From assembly GCA_030390025.1 (NCBI GenBank), contig CM059432.1:63862001-63926000 (forward strand): DNA of 64,000 nucleotides, read 5' to 3'. A model generated the notes under the pieces. It had not been told where the DNA came from, searched no databases, and worked only from the letters and a program-made list of their open reading frames with translations. The first letter of the stretch is position 1. Each line of letters begins with the position of its first letter. Shown piece after piece: positions 49,391 to 60,700 of this stretch. The stretch is from Squalus acanthias (Eukaryota). A program made the translations under genes and the position numbers.

Positions 49391-49501
49391 TGCACATCCC
49401 TCAGCATGTGTCAACCTAAATTTTATATTTAAGTCTTGGATGGGCCTTGACCTGATGACTTGTTGGCTCACAGGCGAGAGAGGAAGACATTTTACACGAA
49501 G

Positions 49502-49650
49502 GGTATCATTTTAACTTTTATCGCAGGGCGAAAAATGGGTGATGGCGAATTAATAGCCCATTTTACACCTCACCCGATTTTCTTGAAAAACGAGCAGCCA
49601 ATTTGCTATCACCCGTTTTATGCCCTACGGTAAAAGTTACAATCACCCCC
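49502..49650. mobile_element. Short palindromic Harbinger-type MITE
   Basis: Arms GGTATCATTTTAACTTTTATCG / CGGTAAAAGTTACAATCACC; AAG on both flanks. Confidence 0.6.
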
Positions 49651-50166
49651 AAGTACGTGACGTGTTCATATGCTAATATTTATATAAGGCAAATTCAAGG
49701 CCAAGCTGTTTTTTTTATTTTCCATTTATCGTAAATTATATGTCAGCATTTCAGCACTCAAAGGAATTCAACTCAGTGCTACAAATGCTGGCTTCTATCA
49801 ATTTATCTGTCATGCTCCAATTCCTCTTCACTTAATGCACATTTAATGATTCTTAACACATTGCACCCAGAGTAAAATATTGCCTAGTGTCCACATGTTT
49901 TGTTCAGCAAGGTGAGAGATATAAATGCTGGGAAAAGTTCTCTCAACCCTTCCTGAACAATGTGTGTTAATCAAGCCACAGAGAGTATCCCGAACCATAT
50001 TGGGGTGAATTTTCCATTTCCTACATCTGCTACCCTTGTGTCCTCTTTAAGTGACTTTGCCATTTTAGTATCAATTTTGTATGTAGTATATTCAGTCTTG
50101 TGTTGTGGATTTGTGCCCATTAGGAACTGTATTGATTGCTCAAGCATATTTCATGTAAGACACTTA

Positions 50167-51467
50167 GGCCTTGAAATTTGAACCATTAGCTCCGGCCGTT
50201 AAGGCTGGTTTTGAAGAAAAAATGGCTGCGGAATGCGGCGGCCACCATATTGGGCAGGTCAGCAGAGCTGCTGTTGCCTGCGCTCGCCGCAAGTATTTTA
50301 ATTACCAGGAGCGTGACGTCAATCGGTGTGCAACATCGAATTGACGTACGCTCAGCGATTTTGGGGCGTCGTCGCTCCTCTTACCGTGCTCTCCAAAGCA
50401 AGCTTGTGCGTGCAGCCGGTGACAGCATGTAGAGCCAAGAGAAAGCAGCGGTGAGCTACAAACCATACATTAAACAGCTGCTGAAAGAACTGGTAACTAT
50501 GGAGAGCTCAGACTCTGTCATTGGAGTGAAAACTGCTTCCAATGAGATGCATCAAATCTCCCCCCTGGTCAGTCAAACATTACAGGAGGTAACTATTTTT
50601 AAAATAAACTATACTGTACTACAGTTGTAAGAATCTCAGGAAAAAAATCAAAGCTGCATTTCCTTAAATTTTATAAATTGGGTTTTCTAGTGGTGCTACA
50701 GGAAACTTTTGTTTATCCGGCACCCAAATATCCGGAATTCTCGCTTAACCGGCAAAAATCATCCTCCGAAAACTCCTCTCAAATAACCGGCAATGTTGCC
50801 GAGTCGCAGTCGAGTCTCCGCGAACGCCGAATACTCCGAAAACTCCTCTCAAATAACCGGCAATGTTGCCGATCCCGAGTCCGAGTCCGAGTCCGCGAAC
50901 GCCGATTTAGTCAGTAGGGGTAGTTTTCAAAAGTGCCACTACTCGGCCTCCTGGCGCTGTCGGAAGTATACTGCACATTTCTTGATTTATTTATTTTTCT
51001 TTGTTAAAAATAGCCTCGGTAGATATAACTCTCCGTTATCCGGTACTTTCGATAAACCGGCACCACGCCGGTCCCGTCGGTGCCGGTTAAAAAAGAGTTT
51101 CCTGTACTTCCTTTATATTGCACTCAATCCATTACATTTTCTGCATTTGGCTTATATTTTGGGCATAATCTCAGGATTTCTCATGCAACGGTTTAAGGAC
51201 ATCTATGCTGGGCTTTCATTTGGAAATGTACTATTAATAATGTGACTACCCGAGAACGCTGCACCGCTCCTTTAGACGCGACCTTCGGCCTCCTACTAAT
51301 GTTACCGCCGGAAAGAGCGCGTTGCACGGGAGCTTCAGCGCTGCGCTCATTTAAATCAGCAGGCAGCACCAAAATACCAGTGCTGTTTGCGCTCTTTTTG
51401 CGGGTGGACATTAACCGTGACGTGCGGTGGCACTGCCTGTTTCCGGGCTTAATCGAATTCCTAGGCC
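50167..51467. mobile_element. Harbinger-type MITE hosting a nested MITE
   Basis: TSD TTA (50164-50166, 51468-51470). TIRs GGCCTTGAAATT / AATTCCTAGGCC. Confidence 0.88.
50699..51104. mobile_element. Tc1/mariner superfamily (pogo/Tigger-type) MITE, 406 bp
   Basis: TA TSD (50697-50698, 51105-51106). 26-bp TIRs CAGGAAACTTTTGTTTATCCGGCACC (23/26). Internal ~39-bp direct repeat at 50764 and 50834. Confidence 0.9.
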
Positions 51468-51497
51468 TTAAAATCTACAGAGAACGGAGACTTCCAA

Positions 51498-52496
51498 GGG
51501 GTTATTTTGGCCAAAGGGTGAAAACAGGCGCTAAATGGGTGCAGTGCTAATAAGACACGCCTGTTTGAAAGTCTAGATTTAGCAGACAATGTTGGACTTA
51601 ATTGCTAATTGCCATAATTTGAACTTGCCTGGAGGTGCTAAACAGACACCTGCAGGTTTAGCACTCAAGCACTGATTAGACACAATTTTTGTGGAGCAGT
51701 ATATGTGGGCTTCTTGCACCCGCTTCCACTGAAGGTGTGGAGTGCTCTGGCTGGCACATAGCGGCACGTTTCAGGATAGGTCAGGGACCGAGGGAGAGGG
51801 TGCACAGGTTCTCTGATGCGACACTGGAGGTCCTGGTGGAGGAGGTCCAGAGGAGGGGGATGTCCTGTATCTGCAGGGGGAGAAGGACGCCACCTCGCCC
51901 TCCTGTCCCTCTCTCCTGCAGCAGCTGGTGCTGCTCTGCCTCGTCTCATGTCCTCCTCCCATTTCTGTCCAGACCAAGGGGGCCCTTTCTCCTGGTGACT
52001 ACACAAAGGTGTCCAATAAGGTAGAGTAGCACAGCACTTACTATTTTTAGGTGAAATCCTCAGAGAATTTGCTCGAGTGTTGGTGAAGTCTTGACAAAGA
52101 GTTCCAGAAAGTCTCCCGATGTGTTTCAGAGGTCCTCTTCACAGCTCCAACAGCAATGACCATGAAATGGTGACTATTCCTTTAAATAGCGCTTGAAATC
52201 CACATCAACGCTGTGGTTACTCCCAATCAGCTGGTCACTGTTAGGAGAGAGCATTAGAACAAGCACTAGCCACCAAAATGCAGTGCAGCCTCTTTAATGA
52301 GCGCTAGCATGCAATTTAAGTGGTAATGAGTTGCTTAACGATCCTCTGGGTGGCTGTTCCTAGCGCAGGCTTCAATTCCTTTACCATGATGGCGGCTTGC
52401 GCTAAACGCAGGCTAAACCTGCGTTTCAGCTTAAGACCCCATGTTGGCCACCTTGGAGGCTCCTTAGCACCTGAAGTGTTCGGCGAAAATTGCCCC
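51498..52496. mobile_element. Non-autonomous Harbinger deletion derivative
   Basis: TIR-like ends (14/18). Myb start RERVHRFSDATLEVLVEEV on + joined to a transposase 5' region with the conserved TATA-like motif on -. TSD not matched. Confidence 0.75.
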
Positions 52497-52727
52497 TCCC
52501 CCCCCATTTTTTTGCCTGACTTTAGACTGAGATTTAGTTTCAAAGGTATAAGAACTATGCAGTAACTTATGGCACCACCCAGTCACTAGTTTCCACTATT
52601 ATAATCCATACATGGTTTTCTGTACAACCAAGTAAAAATAATAAGTAAACTTATATTTAATAACTATTACACGATTGCCCTCAAATGTAAAATCTCTCTT
52701 ACAGCCTTTTCACATGTGTTACAGAAG

Positions 52728-52820
52728 CATAGGAACATAAGAATATAAGAAATAAGAGCTGGAGTAGGCCATTTGGCCCTTCGAGCTTGCTCCGCCATTC
52801 AGTGAGATCATGGCTGATCT
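52728..52820 (-). mobile_element. CR1 3'-terminal fragment
   Basis: Matches 42837-42930. Confidence 0.8.
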
Positions 52821-53057
52821 TATATACATATATGTATAGGTATAGAGAGCACGCTCTCATTTATATTGTGTAATCTCTGAGTAGCTAATGTTTGCTATGG
52901 CAAAAATCAGTTATGCTCAATTTACAGTAGAATTGATCTAATAGCCTAGAAACCCTAGAAAAAGGGGTGGGACAGCATTATGAGTGCTAGTGAGGATGTG
53001 TGCTTCTTTTGCACGCAATGCACAAGGTGAAAGGGAGAATCCAGCAGTTGTCATAGG

Positions 53058-53887
53058 CAGGGCCGCCGTTAGGAAAAATGGCGCCCTGGGCGAACTTGTA
53101 TTTTCGCACTATTTCTTTGAGCTTAAGTACATAGTAGTATTAGTTAAAAGAAACCCCACTTTTAAATGTCTAAATCCTCTTGCTTCCGTTAAAAGCAAAG
53201 TCAACCAACCAATAGGTTTGCAATCTCTAGTCAAATTTCACCTACAACTAACAGTAGAGTGACTCATTCCCAACTACCACATATTTAAATATTTTTAAAA
53301 CTCCCCTCTCTTGAACAAGGTTCAGTAAAAGTCTATAAGTTCTTTTGTTTATTTTACGGATTGGTTGGTTTATTTAGAAACCTGCCTGAACTCACCTGGC
53401 GCCCACCACCAGCCTTGGTAACTGCGAGTCTACCTGGTGATCTTCGTGCTCTCAGCGCTCCTCCACGCGCGCTGCCTCCCAGGTGAAACAGCCAGCCCAC
53501 TCTGTGCTGCCCATGTGGCGGCCGCGCTCTGCTCCCACCAAACCCGCCTCTAGCCGCCGCTCATTCACTTACTCGCCTGATCCACATTCCCGATGGGAGC
53601 GCCAATTGTTCCGCCTGTGGGTGTCAATCAAACAAACTGGCAGTCACTCTTGGAAATCCCTATTGAAGGGTTTGGTGGCAGGGAACAAGGGAGGGTCTGC
53701 TCAATCTGATTGCAGAGCAATTCGCTACTCGAACTGCTGGTTATGATCTGTGTTAGAAAATAATTACCAAATCAACTTTAAACTATCATTTCAGGGTTTC
53801 CTGCCATGTCATCTTTCTCCGCCCACCACCCCCAACCACGGCGCCCTGGCTGGTCACTCACGTCGCCCACTGGTAAGGCCAGCCCTA
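53058..53887. mobile_element. Possible hAT-type non-autonomous element
   Basis: Ends CAGGGCCGCCGTTA / TAAGGCCAGCCCTA; subterminal GGCGCCCTGG motifs; no 8-bp TSD visible. Confidence 0.4.
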
Positions 53888-54036
53888 ATTAGAGTAGTGT
53901 GGATGTCATGCGTGTGCAAAGTGTGGGGAATAAGACTAAGTGGATTGCTCTCCGAAAGAGCCGGCGCAGACTCGATGGGCCAAGTGGCCTCCTTCTGTGC
54001 TGTACTATTCTATGATTCTAAGTTGAAGATTGGGTT

Positions 54037-54255
54037 TGACATGAATCTGTCATTCATGACTTATGAAATAATACTGAGTGGCCTGCGGGTGACGCTGTCC
54101 AGGGAGAGTATAAATATTCGGGCACAGGCCCAGCTTGCGCAGGACATTCTTAACAGGAACTAGTGAAGGACACAACTAGACCTCCATGTTGTAAAACAGT
54201 TGATTAAAGCTTTGTTTAATGCTTAGACCAAGTGCCTAGTAGTTTTCTTACATCA
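54037..54255 (+). mobile_element. 219-bp solo LTR, copy 2
   Basis: TGA...TCA ends, 5-bp TSD GGGTT (54032-54036, 54256-54260), 8 substitutions versus copy 1. Confidence 0.9.
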
Positions 54256-54259
54256 GGGT

Positions 54260-54892
54260 TATTGGCAGTAGTGAAAGAAGGAAACAGGAGGTGAGCATGA
54301 GAGGTGGTGCTGTGTACCTTTGTGATTGGTGCTGAGGAAAGTGAAGCAGGGTGAGGAGTGGTATGATGGTGCAGGAGGGACAAGGGGAAGTGGAAGGAGG
54401 TGCATTGCAGGAGATGGGTAAAGAAGTACATGTGCTGGCCTCTCCTGACATAGTCAGGTCATTGACACATTGCCTGCACTGGATCCAGGATCTTGGTGTG
54501 ACGCTCCTGCTGCTCACTTCCTCAACCACCTCAATCCATTCCTTCTTTGTGGTGGCAGCAGGTTTCTTCTTCCCACTTGTGAGAAAGAACGCATGCCTCC
54601 TGGCCCTCACTGATGTAGCAGGGCCTCCAGGGAAGCATCAGAGAACCTGGGGCCAGCTTCCCTCTCTTTCCAGACATAATACAGATTTTTAATAACACTT
54701 GATGTACTCCTATCCCTCAGCCTCCCTTGCAGAGGTGGACTGAGCCTTTAAATAATGGCTGGGAAATTATGTCAAACGGGAGGGCAGCACCCGTTAAAAT
54801 CGGGCAGACTTCCACTTCACGTAATGTTGCAGCCTCGTCACCCAGGACAGCCCTCGAACGCTCCATTCCTGTCTCCGGGAAAAATCGGGGTC
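54260..54892 (-). mobile_element. Harbinger end fragment with Myb/SANT exon 1
   Basis: WIEVVEEVSSRSVTPRSWIQCRQCVNDL; terminus GACCCCGATTTT in reverse complement. Confidence 0.75.
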
Positions 54893-55250
54893 TATGATTC
54901 AAGTTATCATTTCTTACTGACCAGTATCTTCTAAAATTGTTTTCATCATAAATTAAACATTTATACTAATACTTCCTCTTTTTTTCTTCCTTGAAACTGG
55001 CATTGAAAGTTCAGTTTGGTGTCTTGAGATATGGCTGGAATGATGAGTTGAAGATGAGTATGCTGAAATGTAGGGAGCCTCAATTTCATACTGTACCTAA
55101 AGCAAAATAAATCCTTAGTCTTGACGATCTGCAACCAGAAAATAATAGTTTCAGCATATTCTGCTCTGACATTCCCCTCATAAATAAAACATGTTCCACA
55201 CATCAAAATACATTAGATAAGTACATGAGGGAGAAAGGAATAGAAAGAAT

Positions 55251-56499
55251 CGATGCTCAGTTTGGTTCCGCCAGAACCACTCGGCTCCAGATCTCATTAC
55301 AGCCTTGATCCAAACATGGACATAAGAGCTGAATTCCAGAGGTGAGGTGAGAATGACTGCCCTTGATATCAAGGCAGCATTTGACCGAGTGTGACATCAA
55401 GGAGCCCTAGTAAAATTGAAGTCAACGGGAATCAGGGGAAATCTCTCCACTGCTGGAGTCATATCTAACACAAGGAAGATTGTTTTGGTTGTTGGAGGTC
55501 AATCATCACAGCCCCAGGACATCGTTGCAGGAGTTCCTCAGGGCAGTGTCCGAGGCCCAACCATCTTCAACTGCTTCATCAATGAACTTCCCTCCATCAT
55601 AAGGTCAGAAGTGGGGATGTTCACTGATGATTTCAAAGTGTTCAGTTCCATTCACAACTTCTCAGATAATGGAGCAGTCCATGCCCTCATGCAGCAAGAC
55701 CTGGACAACATTCAGGCTTGGGCTTATAAGTGGCAAGTAACATTCGCGCCACACAAGTGCCAGGCAATGACTATCTCCAACAAGCGAGAGTCCAACAACC
55801 GCCCCTTGGCATTCAACGGCATTAGCATTGCCGAATCCCCCATCAACATCCTGGGGGTCACCCAGCCACATAAATAGTGTGGCCACAGAGCAGGTCAGAG
55901 GCTGGGTATTCTATGGCGAGTGTCTCACCTCCTGACTCCCCAAAGCCTTTCCACCAGCTACAAGGCACAAGTCAGGAGTGTGATGGAATACTTTCCACTT
56001 GCCTGGATGAGTGCAGCTCCATCAACACTCAAGAAGCTCGACACCATCCAGGACAAAGCAGCCCGCTTGATTGACACCCCATCCACCACCTTAAACATTC
56101 ACTCCCTCCACCACTGGCACACCGTGGCTACAGTGTGTACCATCTACAAGATGCACTGCAGCAACTCGCCAAGGCTTCTTCGGCAGCACCTCCCAAACCC
56201 GCGACCTCTACCACCTAGAAGGAAAAGGGCAGCAGGCGCATGGGAACACCATCACTTGCAAGATCCCCTCCAAGTTACACACACCCATCCTGACTTGGAA
56301 ATATATCGCTGTTCCTTCATCATTGCTGGGTCAAAATCCTGGAACTCCCTCCCTAACAGCACTTTGGGAGTACCTTCACCACATGGACTGCAGTGGTTTA
56401 AGAAGGCGGCTCACCACCACCTTCTCAAGGGCAATTAGGGATGGGCAATAAATGCTGGCCTTGTCAGCAATGCCCACATCCCAGGAACAAATAAAAAAA
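55251..56499 (+). mobile_element. 5'-truncated LINE family B with an A-tail
   Basis: GVPQGSV, FTDD, ...HHHLLKGN*. Flanked by ~97-bp direct repeats. Confidence 0.93.
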
Positions 56500-57734
56500 A
56501 GCATATTCTGCTCTGACATGCTCCTCATAAATAAAACATGCCCCACACATCAAAGCACATTAGATAAGTACATGAGGGAGAAAGGAATAGAAGAATATTC
56601 TGATAGGGTGAGATGAAATAGGATGAGAGGAGTCTCGCGTGGAGCATAAACACCGGCATGGACCAGTTGGGCCAAATGTCCTGTTTCTGTGCTGTAAATT
56701 CTATGTAAAAGGAAATGTATTACATGATCGTACCAGTGAACCAATGCAGAAATAGTTTAATTATAGCACATTCATGCTGTTGCACTAAGATGAATATGCT
56801 GCGTCACGCATTTCATAGCTTGAAATAATTCACACAAATTGGATGTTGATGTTTTCAGTGAGGTAATCAGACTGTGCTCAATGCAAACTAAGTATACTAC
56901 ACTTCGCTGACAGGCAACTAACCATCACTGTGACTTGATCTTTCTCTGACTTAGAGTAAGCAACATTTTTATGTTTCTTTTGTCAGTCTCCCTGATTTGA
57001 TTTGAACATCTTGCAAAATAATCGGTTGGGCTGCTTGTCTTCAGTGCCTTGCAGCCAATCTGCCCCATGCACTGTCTCAAACCAACAAGTCACAATAATG
57101 CCCAATCTCTCTAACATATGATCAATAGCTAGAAAAAATGTCAGTAACACATTATTTTTAATCATTTTATACAATTCCAATTTTATTACAGTTAGTGCTC
57201 CCTGTCCTGTATAATCTGTGCTACACATCACATTTGACAACTTAAGTTTTTCTTTTCCATTTGTTTTCTCAATGAAATTAATGAGCATTTAGCAGGAAAA
57301 TGTGCATTCTGTTACTTCATAAACAAACTGAATTCAACCTGTGGATGGCTGAGTTGCAGATTATCCAAACTCATCAGACAAATGTGTGTGCATTTGAGTG
57401 ATATTGCGGTGACACACATATCACAGCAAAAAGAGATAAGGCTGGGAGCGTTAACATAGCTGCTGTACTTAGCAGTATAGAGGGATGGATTAAGAAATAA
57501 AGTTATTGATTTTCACTCATTCTGACCTTAGAGGAGGATCATTACCATTTTGTGGATGGAGCATGAATACAATAGCAGTAATAGCTCTAATGAGTCTGGT
57601 GTACAGTTACTTCAAACACAAATGGAAAAAAGATGTATTTGGAAATAAATGAACTGCTGGGGTGAGGGGAGCAGACTGCCTCTATGAACTGGAGATGGGG
57701 ATTAGAAGTGGTGCTTGCCTTGGTGAAGAGGGCA

Positions 57735-60700
57735 GGGGATTAGAGGGGTGAGTGTCTCAGTGAGGGGGGATTAGAGGGGTGAGTGTCTCAGTGAGGGGGG
57801 ATTAGAGGGGTGAGTGTCTCAGTGAGGGAGGATGAGCGGGGTGAGTGTCTCATTGAGGTGGATTAGTGGGGGTGAGTGTCACAGTGAGGGGGGATTAGAG
57901 GGGTGAGTGTCTCAGTGAGGAGGATGAGCGGGGTGAGTGTCTCATTGAGGTGGATTAGTGGGGTGAGTGTCACAGTGAGGGGGGATTAGAGGGGTGAGTG
58001 TCTCAGTGAGGAGGTATTAGAGGGGGTAAGTGTCTCAGTGAGTGTGGATTAGAGGGGTGAGTGACTCAGTGAGGGTGGATTAGAGGGGTGAGTGTCTCAG
58101 AGAGGGGGGATTAGAGGGGTGAGTGTCTCAGTGAGGGGGGATTAGAGGGGTGAGTGTCTCAGAGAGGGGGCATTAGAGGGGGTGAGTGTCCCAGTGAGGG
58201 GGGATTAGAGAGGTGAGAATCTCACTGAGGGGGGATTAGAGGGGTGAGTGTCTCAGTGAGGGGGGATTAGAGGGGTGAGTGTCTCAGTGAGGGGGATGAG
58301 AGGGGGTGAGTGTCTCAGTGAGGGGGATTAGAGGGGTGAGTGTCTCAGTGAGGGGGATTAGAGGGGTGAGTGTCCCAGTGAGGGGGGATTAGAGGGCTGA
58401 GTGTCTCAGTGAGGGGAGATTAGAGGGGTGAGTGACTCAGTGAGGGTGGATTAGAGGGGTGAGTGTCTCAGTGAGGGGGATGAGAGGGGGTGAGTGTCTC
58501 AGTGAGGGGGATTAGAGGGGTGAGTGTCTCAGTGAGGGGGATTAGAGGGGTGAGTGTCCCAGTGAGGGGGGATTAGAGGGCTGAGTGTCTCAGTGAGGGG
58601 AGATTAGAGGGGTGAGTGTCTCAGTGAGGGGGGATTAGAGGGGTGAGTGTCTCAGTGAGGGGGGATGAGAGGGGTGAGTGTCCCAGTGAGGGGGGATTAG
58701 AGGGGGTGAGTGTCTCAGTGAGGGGGGATTAGAGGGGTGAGTCTCTCAGTGAGGGGGGATTAGAGGGGGTGAGTGTCTCAGTGAGGGGGATTAGAGGGGT
58801 GAGTGTCTCAGTGAGGGGGGATTAGAGGGGTGAGTGTCTCAGTGAGGGAGGATGAGAGGGGTGAATGTCTCATTGAGGTGGATTAGTGGGGGTGAGTGTC
58901 ACAGTGAGGGGGGATTAGAGGGGTGAGTGTCTCAGTGAGGAGGAATTAGAGGGGGTAAGTGTCTCAGTGAGGGGGGATTAGAGAGGTGAGTGTCTCAGTG
59001 AGGGAGGATGAGAGGGGTGAGTGTCTCATTGAGGTGGATTAGTGGGGGTGAGTGTCACAGTGAGGGGGGATTAGAGGGGTGAGTGTCTCAGTGAGGAGGT
59101 ATTAGAGGGGTGAGTGACTCAGTGAGGGGGGATTAGAGGGCTGAGTGTCTCAGTGAGGGTGGATTAGAGGGGTGAGTGTCTCAGAGACGGGGGATTAGAG
59201 GGGTGAGTGTCTCAGTGAGGGGGGATTAGAGGGGTGAGTGTCTCAGAGAGGGGGCATTAGAGGGGGTGAGTGTCCCAGTGAGGGGGGATTAGAGAGGTGA
59301 GAATCTCACTGAGGGCGGATTAGAGGGGTGAGTGTCTCAGTGAGGGGGGATTAGAGGGGTGAGTGTCTCAGTGAGGGGGATGAGAGGGGGTGAGTGTCTC
59401 AGTGAGGGGGGATTAGAGGGGTGAGTGTCTCAGTGAGGGGGATTAGAGGGGTGAGTGTCTCAGTGAGGGGGATTAGAGGGGTGAGTGTCTCAGTGAGGGG
59501 GGATTAGAGGGGTGAGTGTCTCAGTGAGGGGGGTTTAGAGGGGTGAGTGTCTCAGTGAGGGGAGATTAGAGGGGTGAGTGTCTCAGTGAGGGGGGATGAG
59601 AGGGGTGAGCATCTCAGTGAGAGGGGATTAGAGGGGTGAGTGTCCCAGTGAGGGGGGATTAGAGGGGTGAGTGTCTCAGTGAGGGGGGATTAGAGGGGTG
59701 AGCATCTCAGTGAGAGGGGATTAGAGGGGTGAGTGTCCCAGTGAGGGGGGATTAGAGGGGTGAGTGTCTCAGTGAGAGGGGATTAGAGGGGTGAGTGTCC
59801 CAGTGAGGGGGGATTAGAGGGGTGAGTGTCTCAGTGAGGATGGATTAGAGGGGTGAGTGTCTCAGTGAGGGAGGATGAGAGGGGTGAGTGTCTCATTGAG
59901 GTGGATTAGTGGGGGTGAGTGTCACAGTGAGGGGGGATTAGAGGGGTGAGTGTCTCAGTGAGGAGGTATTAGAGGGTGTAAGTGTCTCAGTGAGGGGGGA
60001 TTAGAGGGGTGAGTGTCTCAGAGAAGGGGGATTAGAGGGGTGAGTGTCTCAGTGAGGGGGGATTAGAGGGGTGAGTGTCTCAGAGAGGGGGCATTAGAGG
60101 GGTGAGTGTCCCAGTGAGGGGGGATTAGAGGGGTGAGTGTCTCAGTGAGGGAGGATGAGAGGGGTGAGTGTCTCAGTGAGGATGGATTAGAGGGGTGAGT
60201 GTCTCAGTGAGGGAGGATGAGAGGGGTGAGTGTCTCATTGAGGTGGATTAGAGGGGTGAGTGTCTCAGTGAGGGGGATGAGAGGGGGTGAGTGTCTCAGT
60301 GAGGGGGTTTAGAGGGGTGAGTGTCTCAGTGAGGGGGATTAGAGGGGTGAGTGTCCCAGTGAGGGGGGATTAGAGGGCTGAGTGTCTCAGTGAGGGGAGA
60401 TTAGAGGGCTGAGTGGCTCAGTGAGGGGGGATTAGAGGGGTGAGTGTCTCAGTGAGGGGGGATTAGAGGGGTGAGTGTCACAGTGAGGGGGGATTAGAGG
60501 GGTGAGTGTCACAGTGATGGGGGGATTAGAGGGGTGAGTGTCCCAGTGAGGGGGGATTAGAGAGGTGAGAATCTCACTGAGGGGGGATTAGAGGGGTGAG
60601 TGTCTCAGTGAGGGGGGATTAGAGGGGTGAGTGTCTCAGTGAGGGGGATGAGAGGGGGTGAGTGTCTCAGTGAGGGGGCATTAGAGGGGGTGAGTGTCCC

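Noticed and set aside
9332..54255. One 45-kb LTR element bounded by the two 219-bp repeats
   Set aside because: Each copy has its own, different 5-bp TSD, and there is no gag/pol between them.
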